Positions 27,601 through 41,300 of a stretch of 64,000 nt of DNA are shown here, piece after piece. The first letter of the stretch is position 1. Every line of letters begins with the position of its first letter. The notes beneath the pieces were generated by a model. It made no database searches, was not told the DNA's origin, and saw nothing but the letters and a program-made list of their open reading frames with translations. Made by a program: the position numbers and the translations under genes. This DNA is from the human T2T-CHM13v2.0 reference genome, Homo sapiens, in assembly GCF_009914755.1 (NCBI RefSeq), contig NC_060941.1; one strand, written 5' to 3'.

Positions 27601-30600
27601 CAGGATCTACAAGTGGATATTTGGACCACTCTGTGTCCTTCGTTCGAAACGGGTATATCTTCACATGACATCTAGACAGAAGCATCCTCAGAAGCTTCTC
27701 TGTGATGACTGCATTCAACTCACGGAGTTGAACACTCCTTTTGAGAGCGCAGTTTTGAAACTCTCTTTCTGTGGCATCTGCAAGGGGACACGTAGACCTC
27801 TTTGAAGATTTCGTTGGAAACGGAATCATCTTCACATAAAAACTATACAGACGCATTCTCAGGAACTTTTTGGTGATGTTTGTATTCAACTCCCAGAGTT
27901 GAACTTTCCTTTGGAAAGAGCAGCTATGAAACACTCTTTTTCTAGAATCTGCAAGTGGACGTTTGGAGGGCTTTGTGGTTTGTGGTGGAAAAGGAAATAT
28001 CTTCACCTAAATACTAGATAGAAGCATTCTCAGAAACTGCTTTGTGATGATTGCATTCACCTCACAGAGTTGAACATTCCTATTGATAGAGCAGTTTGGA
28101 AACACTCTTGTTGTGGAATGTGCAAGTGGAGATTTGGAGCGCTTTGAGGCCTATGGTAGTAAAGGGAATAGCTTCATAGAAAAACTAGACAGAAGCATTC
28201 TCAGAAAATACTTTGTGATGATTGAGTTTAACTCACAGAGCTGAACATTCCTTTGGATGGAGCAGGTTTGAGACACACTTTTTGTAGAATCTACAAGTGG
28301 ATATTTGGACCTCTCTGAGGATTTCGTTGGAAACGGGATAACTGCACCTAACTAAACGGAAGCATTCTCAGAAACTTCTTGGTGATGTTTGCATTCAAAT
28401 CCCAGAGTTGAACCTTCCTTTGATAGTTCAGGTTTGAAACACTCTTTTTGTAGGATCTGCAAGTGGATATTTGGACCACTCTGTGGCCTTCGTTCGAAAC
28501 GGGTATATCTTCGCATAAAATCTAGACAGAAGCCTTCTCAGAAACTTCTCTGTGATGATTGCATTCAACTCACAGAGTTGAACCCTCCTATGGATAGAGC
28601 AGTGTTGAAACTCTCTTTTTGTGGAATCTGCAAGTGGATATGTGGACCTCTCCGAAGATGTCTTTGGAAACGGGAATATCTTCACATAAAAACTAAACAG
28701 AAGCATTCTCAGAAACTTCTCTGTGATGTTTGTGTTCAACTCCCAGAGTTTCACATTGCTTTTCATAGAGTAGTTCTGAAACATGCTTTTCGTAGTGTCT
28801 ACAAGTGGACATTTGGAGCGCTTTCAGGCCTGTGGTGGAAAACGAATTATGGTCACATAAAAACTGGAGAGAAGCATTGTCAGAAACTTCTTTGTGATGA
28901 TTGCATTCAACTCACAGAGTTGAAGGTTCCTTTTCAAAGAGCAGTTTCCAATCACTCTTTGTGTGGAATCTGCAAGTGGATATTCGGACCTATTTTGAAG
29001 ATTTCGTTGGAAACGGGAGAATCTTCACAGGAAAGCTAAACAGAAGCATTCTCAGAAACTTCTTTGTGATGCTTGCATTCAACTCACAGAGTTGAACTTT
29101 CCTTTCGAGAGAGAAGCTTTGAAACACTCTTTTTCCAGAATCTGCAAGTGGACATTTGGAGGGCTTTGAGGCCTGTGGTGGAAAAGGAATTATCTTCCCG
29201 TAAAAGCTAGATAGAAGCATTCTCAGAAACTACTTTGTGATGATTGCATTCAAGTCACAGAGTTGAACATTCCCTTTGACAGAGCAGTTTGGAAACTCTC
29301 TTTGTGTAGAATCTGCAAGTGGAGATATGGACCGCTTTGAGGCCTATGGTAGTAAAGGAAATAGCTTCATATAAAAGCTAGACAGTAGCATTCACAGAAA
29401 ACTCTTGGTGACGACTGAGTTTAACTCACAGAGCTGAACATTCCTTTGGATGGAGCAGTTTCGAAACACACTATTTGTAGAATGTGCAAGTGGATATTTA
29501 GGCCTCTCTGAGGATTTCGTTGGAAACGGGATAAACCGCACAGAACTAAACAGAAGCATTCTCAGAACCTTCTTCGTGATGTTTGCATTCAACTCACAGT
29601 GTTGAACCTTTCTTTGATAGTTCAGGTTTGAAACGGTCTTTCTGTAGAAACTGCAAGTAGATATTTGGACCTCTCTGAGGATTTCGTTGGAAACGGGATA
29701 ACCCGCACAGAACTAAAACAGAAGCATTCTCAGAACCCTCTTCGTGATGTTTGCATTCAACTCACAGTGCTGAACCTTTCTTTGATAGTTCAGCTTTGAA
29801 ACACTCTTTTTGTAGAAACTGCAAGTGGATATTTGGTCCTCTCTGAGCATTTCGTTGGAAACGGGATAAACTGCACAGAACTAAACAGAAGCATTCTCAG
29901 AACCTTCTTCGTGATGTCTGCATTCAACTCACAGTGTGGAACCTTTCTTTGATAGTTCAGGTTTGAAACACTCTTTTTGTAGAAACTGCAAGGGGATAAT
30001 TGCACTCTTTGAGGAGTACCGTAGTAAAGGAAATAACTTCCTATAAAAAGAAGACAGAAGCTTTCTCAGAAAATTCTTTGGGATGATTGAGTTGAACTCA
30101 CAGAGCTGAGCATTCCTTGCGATGTAGCAGTTTAGAAACACACTTTCTGCAGAATCTGCAAGTGCATATTTGGACCTCTGTGAGGAATTCGTTGGAAACG
30201 GGATAATTTCAGCTGACTAAACAGAAGCAGTCTCAGAATCTTCTTTGTGATGTTTGCATTCAAATCCCCGAGTTGAACTTTCCTTTCAAAGTTCACCTTT
30301 GAAACACTCTTTTTGCAGGATCTACAAGTGGATATTTGGACCACTCTGTGTCCTTCGTTCGAAACGGGTATATCTTCACATGACATCTAGACAGAAGCAT
30401 CCTCAGAAGCTTCTCTGTGATGACTGCATTCAACTCACGGAGTTGAACACTCCTTTTGAGAGCGCAGTTTTGAAACTCTCTTTCTGTGGCATCTGCAAGG
30501 GGACACGTAGACCTCTTTGAAGATTTCGTTGGAAACGGAATCATCTTCACATAAAAACTATACAGACGCATTCTCAGGAACTTTTTGGTGATGTTTGTAT

Positions 30601-32229
30601 TCAACTCCCAGAGTTGAACTTTCCTTTGGAAAGAGCAGCTATGAAACACTCTTTTTCTAGAATCTGCAAGTGGACGTTTGGAGGGCTTTGTGGTTTGTGG
30701 TGGAAAAGGAAATATCTTCACCTAAATACTAGATAGAAGCATTCTCAGAAACTGCTTTGTGATGATTGCATTCACCTCACAGAGTTGAACATTCCTATTG
30801 ATAGAGCAGTTTGGAAACACTCTTGTTGTGGAATGTGCAAGTGGAGATTTGGAGCGCTTTGAGGCCTATGGTAGTAAAGGGAATAGCTTCATAGAAAAAC
30901 TAGACAGAAGCATTCTCAGAAAATACTTTGTGATGATTGAGTTTAACTCACAGAGCTGAACATTCCTTTGGATGGAGCAGGTTTGAGACACACTTTTTGT
31001 AGAATCTACAAGTGGATATTTGGACCTCTCTGAGGATTTCGTTGGAAACGGGATAACTGCACCTAACTAAACGGAAGCATTCTCAGAAACTTCTTGGTGA
31101 TGTTTGCATTCAAATCCCAGAGTTGAACCTTCCTTTGATAGTTCAGGTTTGAAACACTCTTTTTGTAGGATCTGCAAGTGGATATTTGGACCACTCTGTG
31201 GCCTTCGTTCGAAACGGGTATATCTTCGCATAAAATCTAGACAGAAGCCTTCTCAGAAACTTCTCTGTGATGATTGCATTCAACTCACAGAGTTGAACCC
31301 TCCTATGGATAGAGCAGTGTTGAAACTCTCTTTTTGTGGAATCTGCAAGTGGATATGTGGACCTCTCCGAAGATGTCTTTGGAAACGGGAATATCTTCAC
31401 ATAAAAACTAAACAGAAGCATTCTCAGAAACTTCTCTGTGATGTTTGTGTTCAACTCCCAGAGTTTCACATTGCTTTTCATAGAGTAGTTCTGAAACATG
31501 CTTTTCGTAGTGTCTACAAGTGGACATTTGGAGCGCTTTCAGGCCTGTGGTGGAAAACGAATTATGGTCACATAAAAACTGGAGAGAAGCATTGTCAGAA
31601 ACTTCTTTGTGATGATTGCATTCAACTCACAGAGTTGAAGGTTCCTTTTCAAAGAGCAGTTTCCAATCACTCTTTGTGTGGAATCTGCAAGTGGATATTT
31701 GGACCTATTTTGAAGATTTCGTTGGAAACGGGAGAATCTTCACAGGAAAGCTAAACAGAAGCATTCTCAGAAACTTCTTTGTGATGCTTGCATTCAACTC
31801 ACAGAGTTGAACTTTCCTTTCGAGAGAGAAGCTTTGAAACACTCTTTTTCCAGAATCTGCAAGTGGACATTTGGAGGGCTTTGAGGCCTGTGGTGGAAAA
31901 GGAATTATCTTCCCGTAAAAGCTAGATAGAAGCATTCTCAGAAACTACTTTGTGATGATTGCATTCAAGTCACAGAGTTGAACATTCCCTTTGACAGAGC
32001 AGTTTGGAAACTCTCTTTGTGTAGAATCTGCAAGTGGAGATATGGACCGCTTTGAGGCCTATGGTAGTAAAGGAAATAGCTTCATATAAAAGCTAGACAG
32101 TAGCATTCACAGAAAACTCTTGGTGACGACTGAGTTTAACTCACAGAGCTGAACATTCCTTTGGATGGAGCAGTTTCGAAACACACTATTTGTAGAATGT
32201 GCAAGTGGATATTTAGGCCTCTCTGAGGA

Positions 32230-32246
32230 TTTCGTTGGAAATGGGA
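32230..32246 (+). promoter_or_regulatory. Mutated CENP-B box (m14, HOR copy 12): CGGG>TGGG
   Basis: tttcgttggaaaTggga, C>T at 32242. Confidence 0.85.
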
Positions 32247-35200
32247 TAAACCGCACAGAACTAAACAGAAGCATTCTCAGAACCTTCTTCGTGATGTTTG
32301 CATTCAACTCACAGTGTTGAACCTTTCTTTGATAGTTCAGGTTTGAAACGGTCTTTCTGTAGAAACTGCAAGTAGATATTTGGACCTCTCTGAGGATTTC
32401 GTTGGAAACGGGATAACCCGCACAGAACTAAAACAGAAGCATTCTCAGAACCCTCTTCGTGATGTTTGCATTCAACTCACAGTGCTGAACCTTTCTTTGA
32501 TAGTTCAGCTTTGAAACACTCTTTTTGTAGAAACTGCGAGTGGATATTTGGTCCTCTCTGAGCATTTCGTTGGAAACGGGATAAACTGCACAGAACTAAA
32601 CAGAAGCATTCTCAGAACCTTCTTCGTGATGTCTGCATTCAACTCACAGTGTGGAACCTTTCTTTGATAGTTCAGGTTTGAAACACTCTTTTTGTAGAAA
32701 CTGCAAGGGGATAATTGCACTCTTTGAGGAGTACCGTAGTAAAGGAAATAACTTCCTATAAAAAGAAGACAGAAGCTTTCTCAGAAAATTCTTTGGGATG
32801 ATTGAGTTGAACTCACAGAGCTGAGCATTCCTTGCGATGTAGCAGTTTAGAAACACACTTTCTGCAGAATCTGCAAGTGCATATTTGGACCTCTGTGAGG
32901 AATTCGTTGGAAACGGGATAATTTCAGCTGACTAAACAGAAGCAGTCTCAGAATCTTCTTTGTGATGTTTGCATTCAAATCCCCGAGTTGAACTTTCCTT
33001 TCAAAGTTCACGTTTGAAACACTCTTTTTGCAGGATCTACAAGTGGATATTTGGACCACTCTGTGTCCTTCGTTCGAAACGGGTATATCTTCACATGACA
33101 TCTAGACAGAAGCATCCTCAGAAGCTTCTCTGTGATGACTGCATTCAACTCACGGAGTTGAACACTCCTTTTGAGAGCGCAGTTTTGAAACTCTCTTTCT
33201 GTGGCATCTGCAAGGGGACACGTAGACCTCTTTGAAGATTTCGTTGGAAACGGAATCATCTTCACATAAAAACTATACAGACGCATTCTCAGGAACTTTT
33301 TGGTGATGTTTGTATTCAACTCCCAGAGTTGAACTTTCCTTTGGAAAGAGCAGCTATGAAACACTCTTTTTCTAGAATCTGCAAGTGGACGTTTGGAGGG
33401 CTTTGTGGTTTGTGGTGGAAAAGGAAATATCTTCACCTAAATACTAGATAGAAGCATTCTCAGAAACTGCTTTGTGATGATTGCATTCACCTCACAGAGT
33501 TGAACATTCCTATTGATAGAGCAGTTTGGAAACACTCTTGTTGTGGAATGTGCAAGTGGAGATTTGGAGCGCTTTGAGGCCTATGGTAGTAAAGGGAATA
33601 GCTTCATAGAAAAACTAGACAGAAGCATTCTCAGAAAATACTTTGTGATGATTGAGTTTAACTCACAGAGCTGAACATTCCTTTGGATGGAGCAGGTTTG
33701 AGACACACTTTTTGTAGAATCTACAAGTGGATATTTGGACCTCTCTGAGGATTTCGTTGGAAACGGGATAACTGCACCTAACTAAACGGAAGCATTCTCA
33801 GAAACTTCTTGGTGATGTTTGCATTCAAATCCCAGAGTTGAACCTTCCTTTGATAGTTCAGGTTTGAAACACTCTTTTTGTAGGATCTGCAAGTGGATAT
33901 TTGGACCACTCTGTGGCCTTCGTTCGAAACGGGTATATCTTCGCATAAAATCTAGACAGAAGCCTTCTCAGAAACTTCTCTGTGATGATTGCATTCAACT
34001 CACAGAGTTGAACCCTCCTATGGATAGAGCAGTGTTGAAACTCTCTTTTTGTGGAATCTGCAAGTGGATATGTGGACCTCTCCGAAGATGTCTTTGGAAA
34101 CGGGAATATCTTCACATAAAAACTAAACAGAAGCATTCTCAGAAACTTCTCTGTGATGTTTGTGTTCAACTCCCAGAGTTTCACATTGCTTTTCATAGAG
34201 TAGTTCTGAAACATGCTTTTCGTAGTGTCTACAAGTGGACATTTGGAGCGCTTTCAGGCCTGTGGTGGAAAACGAATTATGGTCACATAAAAACTGGAGA
34301 GAAGCATTGTCAGAAACTTCTTTGTGATGATTGCATTCAACTCACAGAGTTGAAGGTTCCTTTTCAAAGAGCAGTTTCCAATCACTCTTTGTGTGGAATC
34401 TGCAAGTGGATATTCGGACCTATTTTGAAGATTTCGTTGGAAACGGGAGAATCTTCACAGGAAAGCTAAACAGAAGCATTCTCAGAAACTTCTTTGTGAT
34501 GCTTGCATTCAACTCACAGAGTTGAACTTTCCTTTCGAGAGAGAAGCTTTGAAACACTCTTTTTCCAGAATCTGCAAGTGGACATTTGGAGGGCTTTGAG
34601 GCCTGTGGTGGAAAAGGAATTATCTTCCCGTAAAAGCTAGATAGAAGCATTCTCAGAAACTACTTTGTGATGATTGCATTCAAGTCACAGAGTTGAACAT
34701 TCCCTTTGACAGAGCAGTTTGGAAACTCTCTTTGTGTAGAATCTGCAAGTGGAGATATGGACCGCTTTGAGGCCTATGGTAGTAAAGGAAATAGCTTCAT
34801 ATAAAAGCTAGACAGTAGCATTCACAGAAAACTCTTGGTGACGACTGAGTTTAACTCACAGAGCTGAACATTCCTTTGGATGGAGCAGTTTCGAAACACA
34901 CTATTTGTAGAATGTGCAAGTGGATATTTAGGCCTCTCTGAGGATTTCGTTGGAAACGGGATAAACCGCACAGAACTAAACAGAAGCATTCTCAGAACCT
35001 TCTTCGTGATGTTTGCATTCAACTCACAGTGTTGAACCTTTCTTTGATAGTTCAGGTTTGAAACGGTCTTTCTGTAGAAACTGCAAGTAGATATTTGGAC
35101 CTCTCTGAGGATTTCGTTGGAAACGGGATAACCCGCACAGAACTAAAACAGAAGCATTCTCAGAACCCTCTTCGTGATGTTTGCATTCAACTCACAGTGC

Positions 35201-38200
35201 TGAACCTTTCTTTGATAGTTCAGCTTTGAAACACTCTTTTTGTAGAAACTGCAAGTGCATATTTGGTCCTCTCTGAGGATTTCGTTGGAAACGGGATAAA
35301 CTGCACAGAACTAAACAGAAGCATTCTCAGAACCTTCTTCGTGATGTCTGCATTCAACTCACAGTGTGGAACCTTTCTTTGATAGTTCAGGTTTGAAACA
35401 CTCTTTCTGTAGAAACTGCAAGGGGATAATTGCACTCTTTGAGGAGTACCGTAGTAAAGGAAATAACTTCCTATAAAAAGAAGACAGAAGCTTTCTCAGA
35501 AAATTCTTTGGGATGATTGAGTTGAACTCACAGAGCTGAGCATTCCTTGCGATGTAGCAGTTTAGAAACACACTTTCTGCAGAATCTGCAAGTGCATATT
35601 TGGACCTCTGTGAGGAATTCGTTGGAAACGGGATAATTTCAGCTGACTAAACAGAAGCAGTCTCAGAATCTTCTTTGTGATGTTTGCATTCAAATCCCCG
35701 AGTTGAACTTTCCTTTCAAAGTTCACGTTTGAAACACTCTTTTTGCAGGATCTACAAGTGGATATTTGGACCACTCTGTGTCCTTCGTTCGAAACGGGTA
35801 TATCTTCACATGACATCTAGACAGAAGCATCCTCAGAAGCTTCTCTGTGATGACTGCATTCAACTCACGGAGTTGAACACTCCTTTTGAGAGCGCAGTTT
35901 TGAAACTCTCTTTCTGTGGCATCTGCAAGGGGACACGTAGACCTCTTTGAAGATTTCGTTGGAAACGGAATCATCTTCACATAAAAACTATACAGATGCA
36001 TTCTCAGGAACTTTTTGGTGATGTTTGTATTCAACTCCCAGAGTTGAACTTTCCTTTGGAAAGAGCAGCTATGAAACACTCTTTTTCTAGAATCTGCAAG
36101 TGGACGTTTGGAGGGCTTTGTGGTTTGTGGTGGAAAAGGAAATATCTTCACCTAAATACTAGATAGAAGCATTCTCAGAAACTGCTTTGTGATGATTGCA
36201 TTCACCTCACAGAGTTGAACATTCCTATTGATAGAGCAGTTTGGAAACACTCTTGTTGTGGAATGTGCAAGTGGAGATTTGGAGCGCTTTGAGGCCTATG
36301 GTAGTAAAGGGAATAGCTTCATAGAAAAACTAGACAGAAGCATTCTCAGAAAATACTTTGTGATGATTGAGTTTAACTCACAGAGCTGAACATTCCTTTG
36401 GATGGAGCAGGTTTGAGACACACTTTTTGTAGAATCTACAAGTGGATATTTGGACCTCTCTGAGGATTTCGTTGGAAACGGGATAACTGCACCTAACTAA
36501 ACGGAAGCATTCTCAGAAACTTCTTGGTGATGTTTGCATTCAAATCCCAGAGTTGAACCTTCCTTTGATAGTTCAGGTTTGAAACACTCTTTTTGTAGGA
36601 TCTGCAAGTGGATATTTGGACCACTCTGTGGCCTTCGTTCGAAACGGGTATATCTTCGCATAAAATCTAGACAGAAGCCTTCTCAGAAACTTCTCTGTGA
36701 TGATTGCATTCAACTCACAGAGTTGAACCCTCCTATGGATAGAGCAGTGTTGAAACTCTCTTTTTGTGGAATCTGCAAGTGGATATGTGGACCTCTCCGA
36801 AGATGTCTTTGGAAACGGGAATATCTTCACATAAAAACTAAACAGAAGCATTCTCAGAAACTTCTCTGTGATGTTTGTGTTCAACTCCCAGAGTTTCACA
36901 TTGCTTTTCATAGAGTAGTTCTGAAACATGCTTTTCGTAGTGTCTACAAGTGGACATTTGGAGCGCTTTCAGGCCTGTGGTGGAAAACGAATTATGGTCA
37001 CATAAAAACTGGAGAGAAGCATTGTCAGAAACTTCTTTGTGATGATTGCATTCAACTCACAGAGTTGAAGGTTCCTTTTCAAAGAGCAGTTTCCAATCAC
37101 TCTTTCTGTGGAATCTGCAAGTGGATATTCGGACCTATTTTGAAGATTTCGTTGGAAACGGGAGAATCTTCACAGGAAAGCTAAACAGAAGCATTCTCAG
37201 AAACTTCTTTGTGATGCTTGCATTCAACTCACAGAGTTGAACTTTCCTTTCGAGAGAGAAGCTTTGAAACACTCTTTTTCCAGAATCTGCAAGTGGACAT
37301 TTGGAGGGCTTTGAGGCCTGTGGTGGAAAAGGAATTATCTTCCCGTAAAAGCTAGATAGAAGCATTCTCAGAAACTACTTTGTGATGATTGCATTCAAGT
37401 CACAGAGTTGAACATTCCCTTTGACAGAGCAGTTTGGAAACTCTCTTTGTGTAGAATCTGCAAGTGGAGATACGGACCGCTTTGAGGCCTATGGTAGTAA
37501 AGGAAATAGCTTCATATAAAAGCTAGACAGTAGCATTCACAGAAAACTCTTGGTGACGACTGAGTTTAACTCACAGAGCTGAACATTCCTTTGGATGGAG
37601 CAGTTTCGAAACACACTATTTGTAGAATGTGCAAGTGGATATTTAGGCCTCTCTGAGGATTTCGTTGGAAACGGGATAAACCGCACAGAACTAAACAGAA
37701 GCATTCTCAGAACCTTCTTCGTGATGTTTGCATTCAACTCACAGTGTTGAACCTTTCTTTGATAGTTCAGGTTTGAAACGGTCTTTCTGTAGAAACTGCA
37801 AGTAGATATTTGGACCTCTCTGAGGATTTCGTTGGAAACGGGATAACCCGCACAGAACTAAAACAGAAGCATTCTCAGAACCCTCTTCGTGATGTTTGCA
37901 TTCAACTCACAGTGCTGAACCTTTCTTTGATAGTTCAGCTTTGAAACACTCTTTTTGTAGAAACTGCAAGTGGATATTTGGTCCTCTCTGAGCATTTCGT
38001 TGGAAACGGGATAAACTGCACAGAACTAAACAGAAGCATTCTCAGAACCTTCTTCGTGATGTCTGCATTCAACTCACAGTGTGGAACCTTTCTTTGATAG
38101 TTCAGGTTTGAAACACTCTTTCTGTAGAAACTGCAAGGGGATAATTGCACTCTTTGAGGAGTACCGTAGTAAAGGAAATAACTTCCTATAAAAAGAAGAC

Positions 38201-38331
38201 AGAAGCTTTCTCAGAAAATTCTTTGGGATGATTGAGTTGAACTCACAGGGCTGAGCATTCCTTGCGATGTAGCAGTTTAGAAACACACTTTCTGCAGAAT
38301 CTGCAAGTGCATATTTGGACCTCTGTGAGGA

Positions 38332-38348
38332 ATTCGTTGGTAACGGGA
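38332..38348 (+). promoter_or_regulatory. Mutated CENP-B box (m2, HOR copy 15): core A10>T
   Basis: attcgttggTaacggga, A>T at 38341. Confidence 0.85.
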
Positions 38349-41300
38349 TAATTTCAGCTGACTAAACAGAAGCAGTCTCAGAATCTTCTTTGTGATGTTT
38401 GCATTCAAATCCCCGAGTTGAACTTTCCTTTCAAAGTTCACGTTTGAAACACTCTTTTTGCAGGATCTACAAGTGGATATTTGGACCACTCTGTGTCCTT
38501 CGTTCGAAACGGGTATATCTTCACATGACATCTAGACAGAAGCATCCTCAGAAGCTTCTCTGTGATGACTGCATTCAACTCACGGAGTTGAACACTCCTT
38601 TTGAGAGCGCAGTTTTGAAACTCTCTTTCTGTGGCATCTGCAAGGGGACACGTAGACCTCTTTGAAGATTTCGTTGGAAACGGAATCATCTTCACATAAA
38701 AACTATACAGACGCATTCTCAGGAACTTTTTGGTGATGTTTGTATTCAACTCCCAGAGTTGAACTTTCCTTTGGAAAGAGCAGCTATGAAACACTCTTTT
38801 TCTAGAATCTGCAAGTGGACGTTTGGAGGGCTTTGTGGTTTGTGGTGGAAAAGGAAATATCTTCACCTAAATACTAGATAGAAGCATTCTCAGAAACTGC
38901 TTTGTGATGATTGCATTCACCTCACAGAGTTGAACATTCCTATTGATAGAGCAGTTTGGAAACACTCTTGTTGTGGAATGTGCAAGTGGAGATTTGGAGC
39001 GCTTTGAGGCCTATGGTAGTAAAGGGAATAGCTTCATAGAAAAACTAGACAGAAGCATTCTCAGAAAATACTTTGTGATGATTGAGTTTAACTCACAGAG
39101 CTGAACATTCCTTTGGATGGAGCAGGTTTGAGACACACTTTTTGTAGAATCTACAAGTGGATATTTGGACCTCTCTGAGGATTTCGTTGGAAACGGGATA
39201 ACTGCACCTAACTAAACGGAAGCATTCTCAGAAACTTCTTGGTGATGTTTGCATTCAAATCCCAGAGTTGAACCTTCCTTTGATAGTTCAGGTTTGAAAC
39301 ACTCTTTTTGTAGGATCTGCAAGTGGATATTTGGACCACTCTGTGGCCTTCGTTCGAAACGGGTATATCTTCGCATAAAATCTAGACAGAAGCCTTCTCA
39401 GAAACTTCTCTGTGATGATTGCATTCAACTCACAGAGTTGAACCCTCCTATGGATAGAGCAGTGTTGAAACTCTCTTTTTGTGGAATCTGCAAGTGGATA
39501 TGTGGACCTCTCCGAAGATGTCTTTGGAAACGGGAATATCTTCACATAAAAACTAAACAGAAGCATTCTCAGAAACTTCTCTGTGATGTTTGTGTTCAAC
39601 TCCCAGAGTTTCACATTGCTTTTCATAGAGTAGTTCTGAAACATGCTTTTCGTAGTGTCTACAAGTGGACATTTGGAGCGCTTTCAGGCCTGTGGTGGAA
39701 AACGAATTATGGTCACATAAAAACTGGAGAGAAGCATTGTCAGAAACTTCTTTGTGATGATTGCATTCAACTCACAGAGTTGAAGGTTCCTTTTCAAAGA
39801 GCAGTTTCCAATCACTCTTTGTGTGGAATCTGCAAGTGGATATTCGGACCTATTTTGAAGATTTCGTTGGAAACGGGAGAATCTTCACAGGAAAGCTAAA
39901 CAGAAGCATTCTCAGAAACTTCTTTGTGATGCTTGCATTCAACTCACAGAGTTGAACTTTCCTTTCGAGAGAGAAGCTTTGAAACACTCTTTTTCCAGAA
40001 TCTGCAAGTGGACATTTGGAGGGCTTTGAGGCCTGTGGTGGAAAAGGAATTATCTTCCCGTAAAAGCTAGATAGAAGCATTCTCAGAAACTACTTTGTGA
40101 TGATTGCATTCAAGTCACAGAGTTGAACATTCCCTTTGACAGAGCAGTTTGGAAACTCTCTTTGTGTAGAATCTGCAAGTGGAGATATGGACCGCTTTGA
40201 GGCCTATGGTAGTAAAGGAAATAGCTTCATATAAAAGCTAGACAGTAGCATTCACAGAAAACTCTTGGTGACGACTGAGTTTAACTCACAGAGCTGAACA
40301 TTCCTTTGGATGGAGCAGTTTCGAAACACACTATTTGTAGAATGTGCAAGTGGATATTTAGGCCTCTCTGAGGATTTCGTTGGAAACGGGATAAACCGCA
40401 CAGAACTAAACAGAAGCATTCTCAGAACCTTCTTCGTGATGTTTGCATTCAACTCACAGTGTTGAACCTTTCTTTGATAGTTCAGGTTTGAAACGGTCTT
40501 TCTGTAGAAACTGCAAGTAGATATTTGGACCTCTCTGAGGATTTCGTTGGAAACGGGATAACCCGCACAGAACTAAAACAGAAGCATTCTCAGAACCCTC
40601 TTCGTGATGTTTGCATTCAACTCACAGTGCTGAACCTTTCTTTGATAGTTCAGCTTTGAAACACTCTTTTTGTAGAAACTGCAAGTGGATATTTGGTCCT
40701 CTCTGAGCATTTCGTTGGAAACGGGATAAACTGCACAGAACTAAACAGAAGCATTCTCAGAACCTTCTTCGTGATGTCTGCATTCAACTCACAGTGTGGA
40801 ACCTTTCTTTGATAGTTCAGGTTTGAAACACTCTTTCTGTAGAAACTGCAAGGGGATAATTGCACTCTTTGAGGAGTACCGTAGTAAAGGAAATAACTTC
40901 CTATAAAAAGAAGACAGAAGCTTTCTCAGAAAATTCTTTGGGATGATTGAGTTGAACTCACAGAGCTGAGCATTCCTTGCGATGTAGCAGTTTAGAAACA
41001 CACTTTCTGCAGAATCTGCAAGTGCATATTTGGACCTCTGTGAGGAATTCGTTGGAAACGGGATAATTTCAGCTGACTAAACAGAAGCAGTCTCAGAATC
41101 TTCTTTGTGATGTTTGCATTCAAATCCCCGAGTTGAACTTTCCTTTCAAAGTTCACGTTTGAAACACTCTTTTTGCAGGATCTACAAGTGGATATTTGGA
41201 CCACTCTGTGTCCTTCGTTCGAAACGGGTATATCTTCACATGACATCTAGACAGAAGCATCCTCAGAAGCTTCTCTGTGATGACTGCATTCAACTCACGG

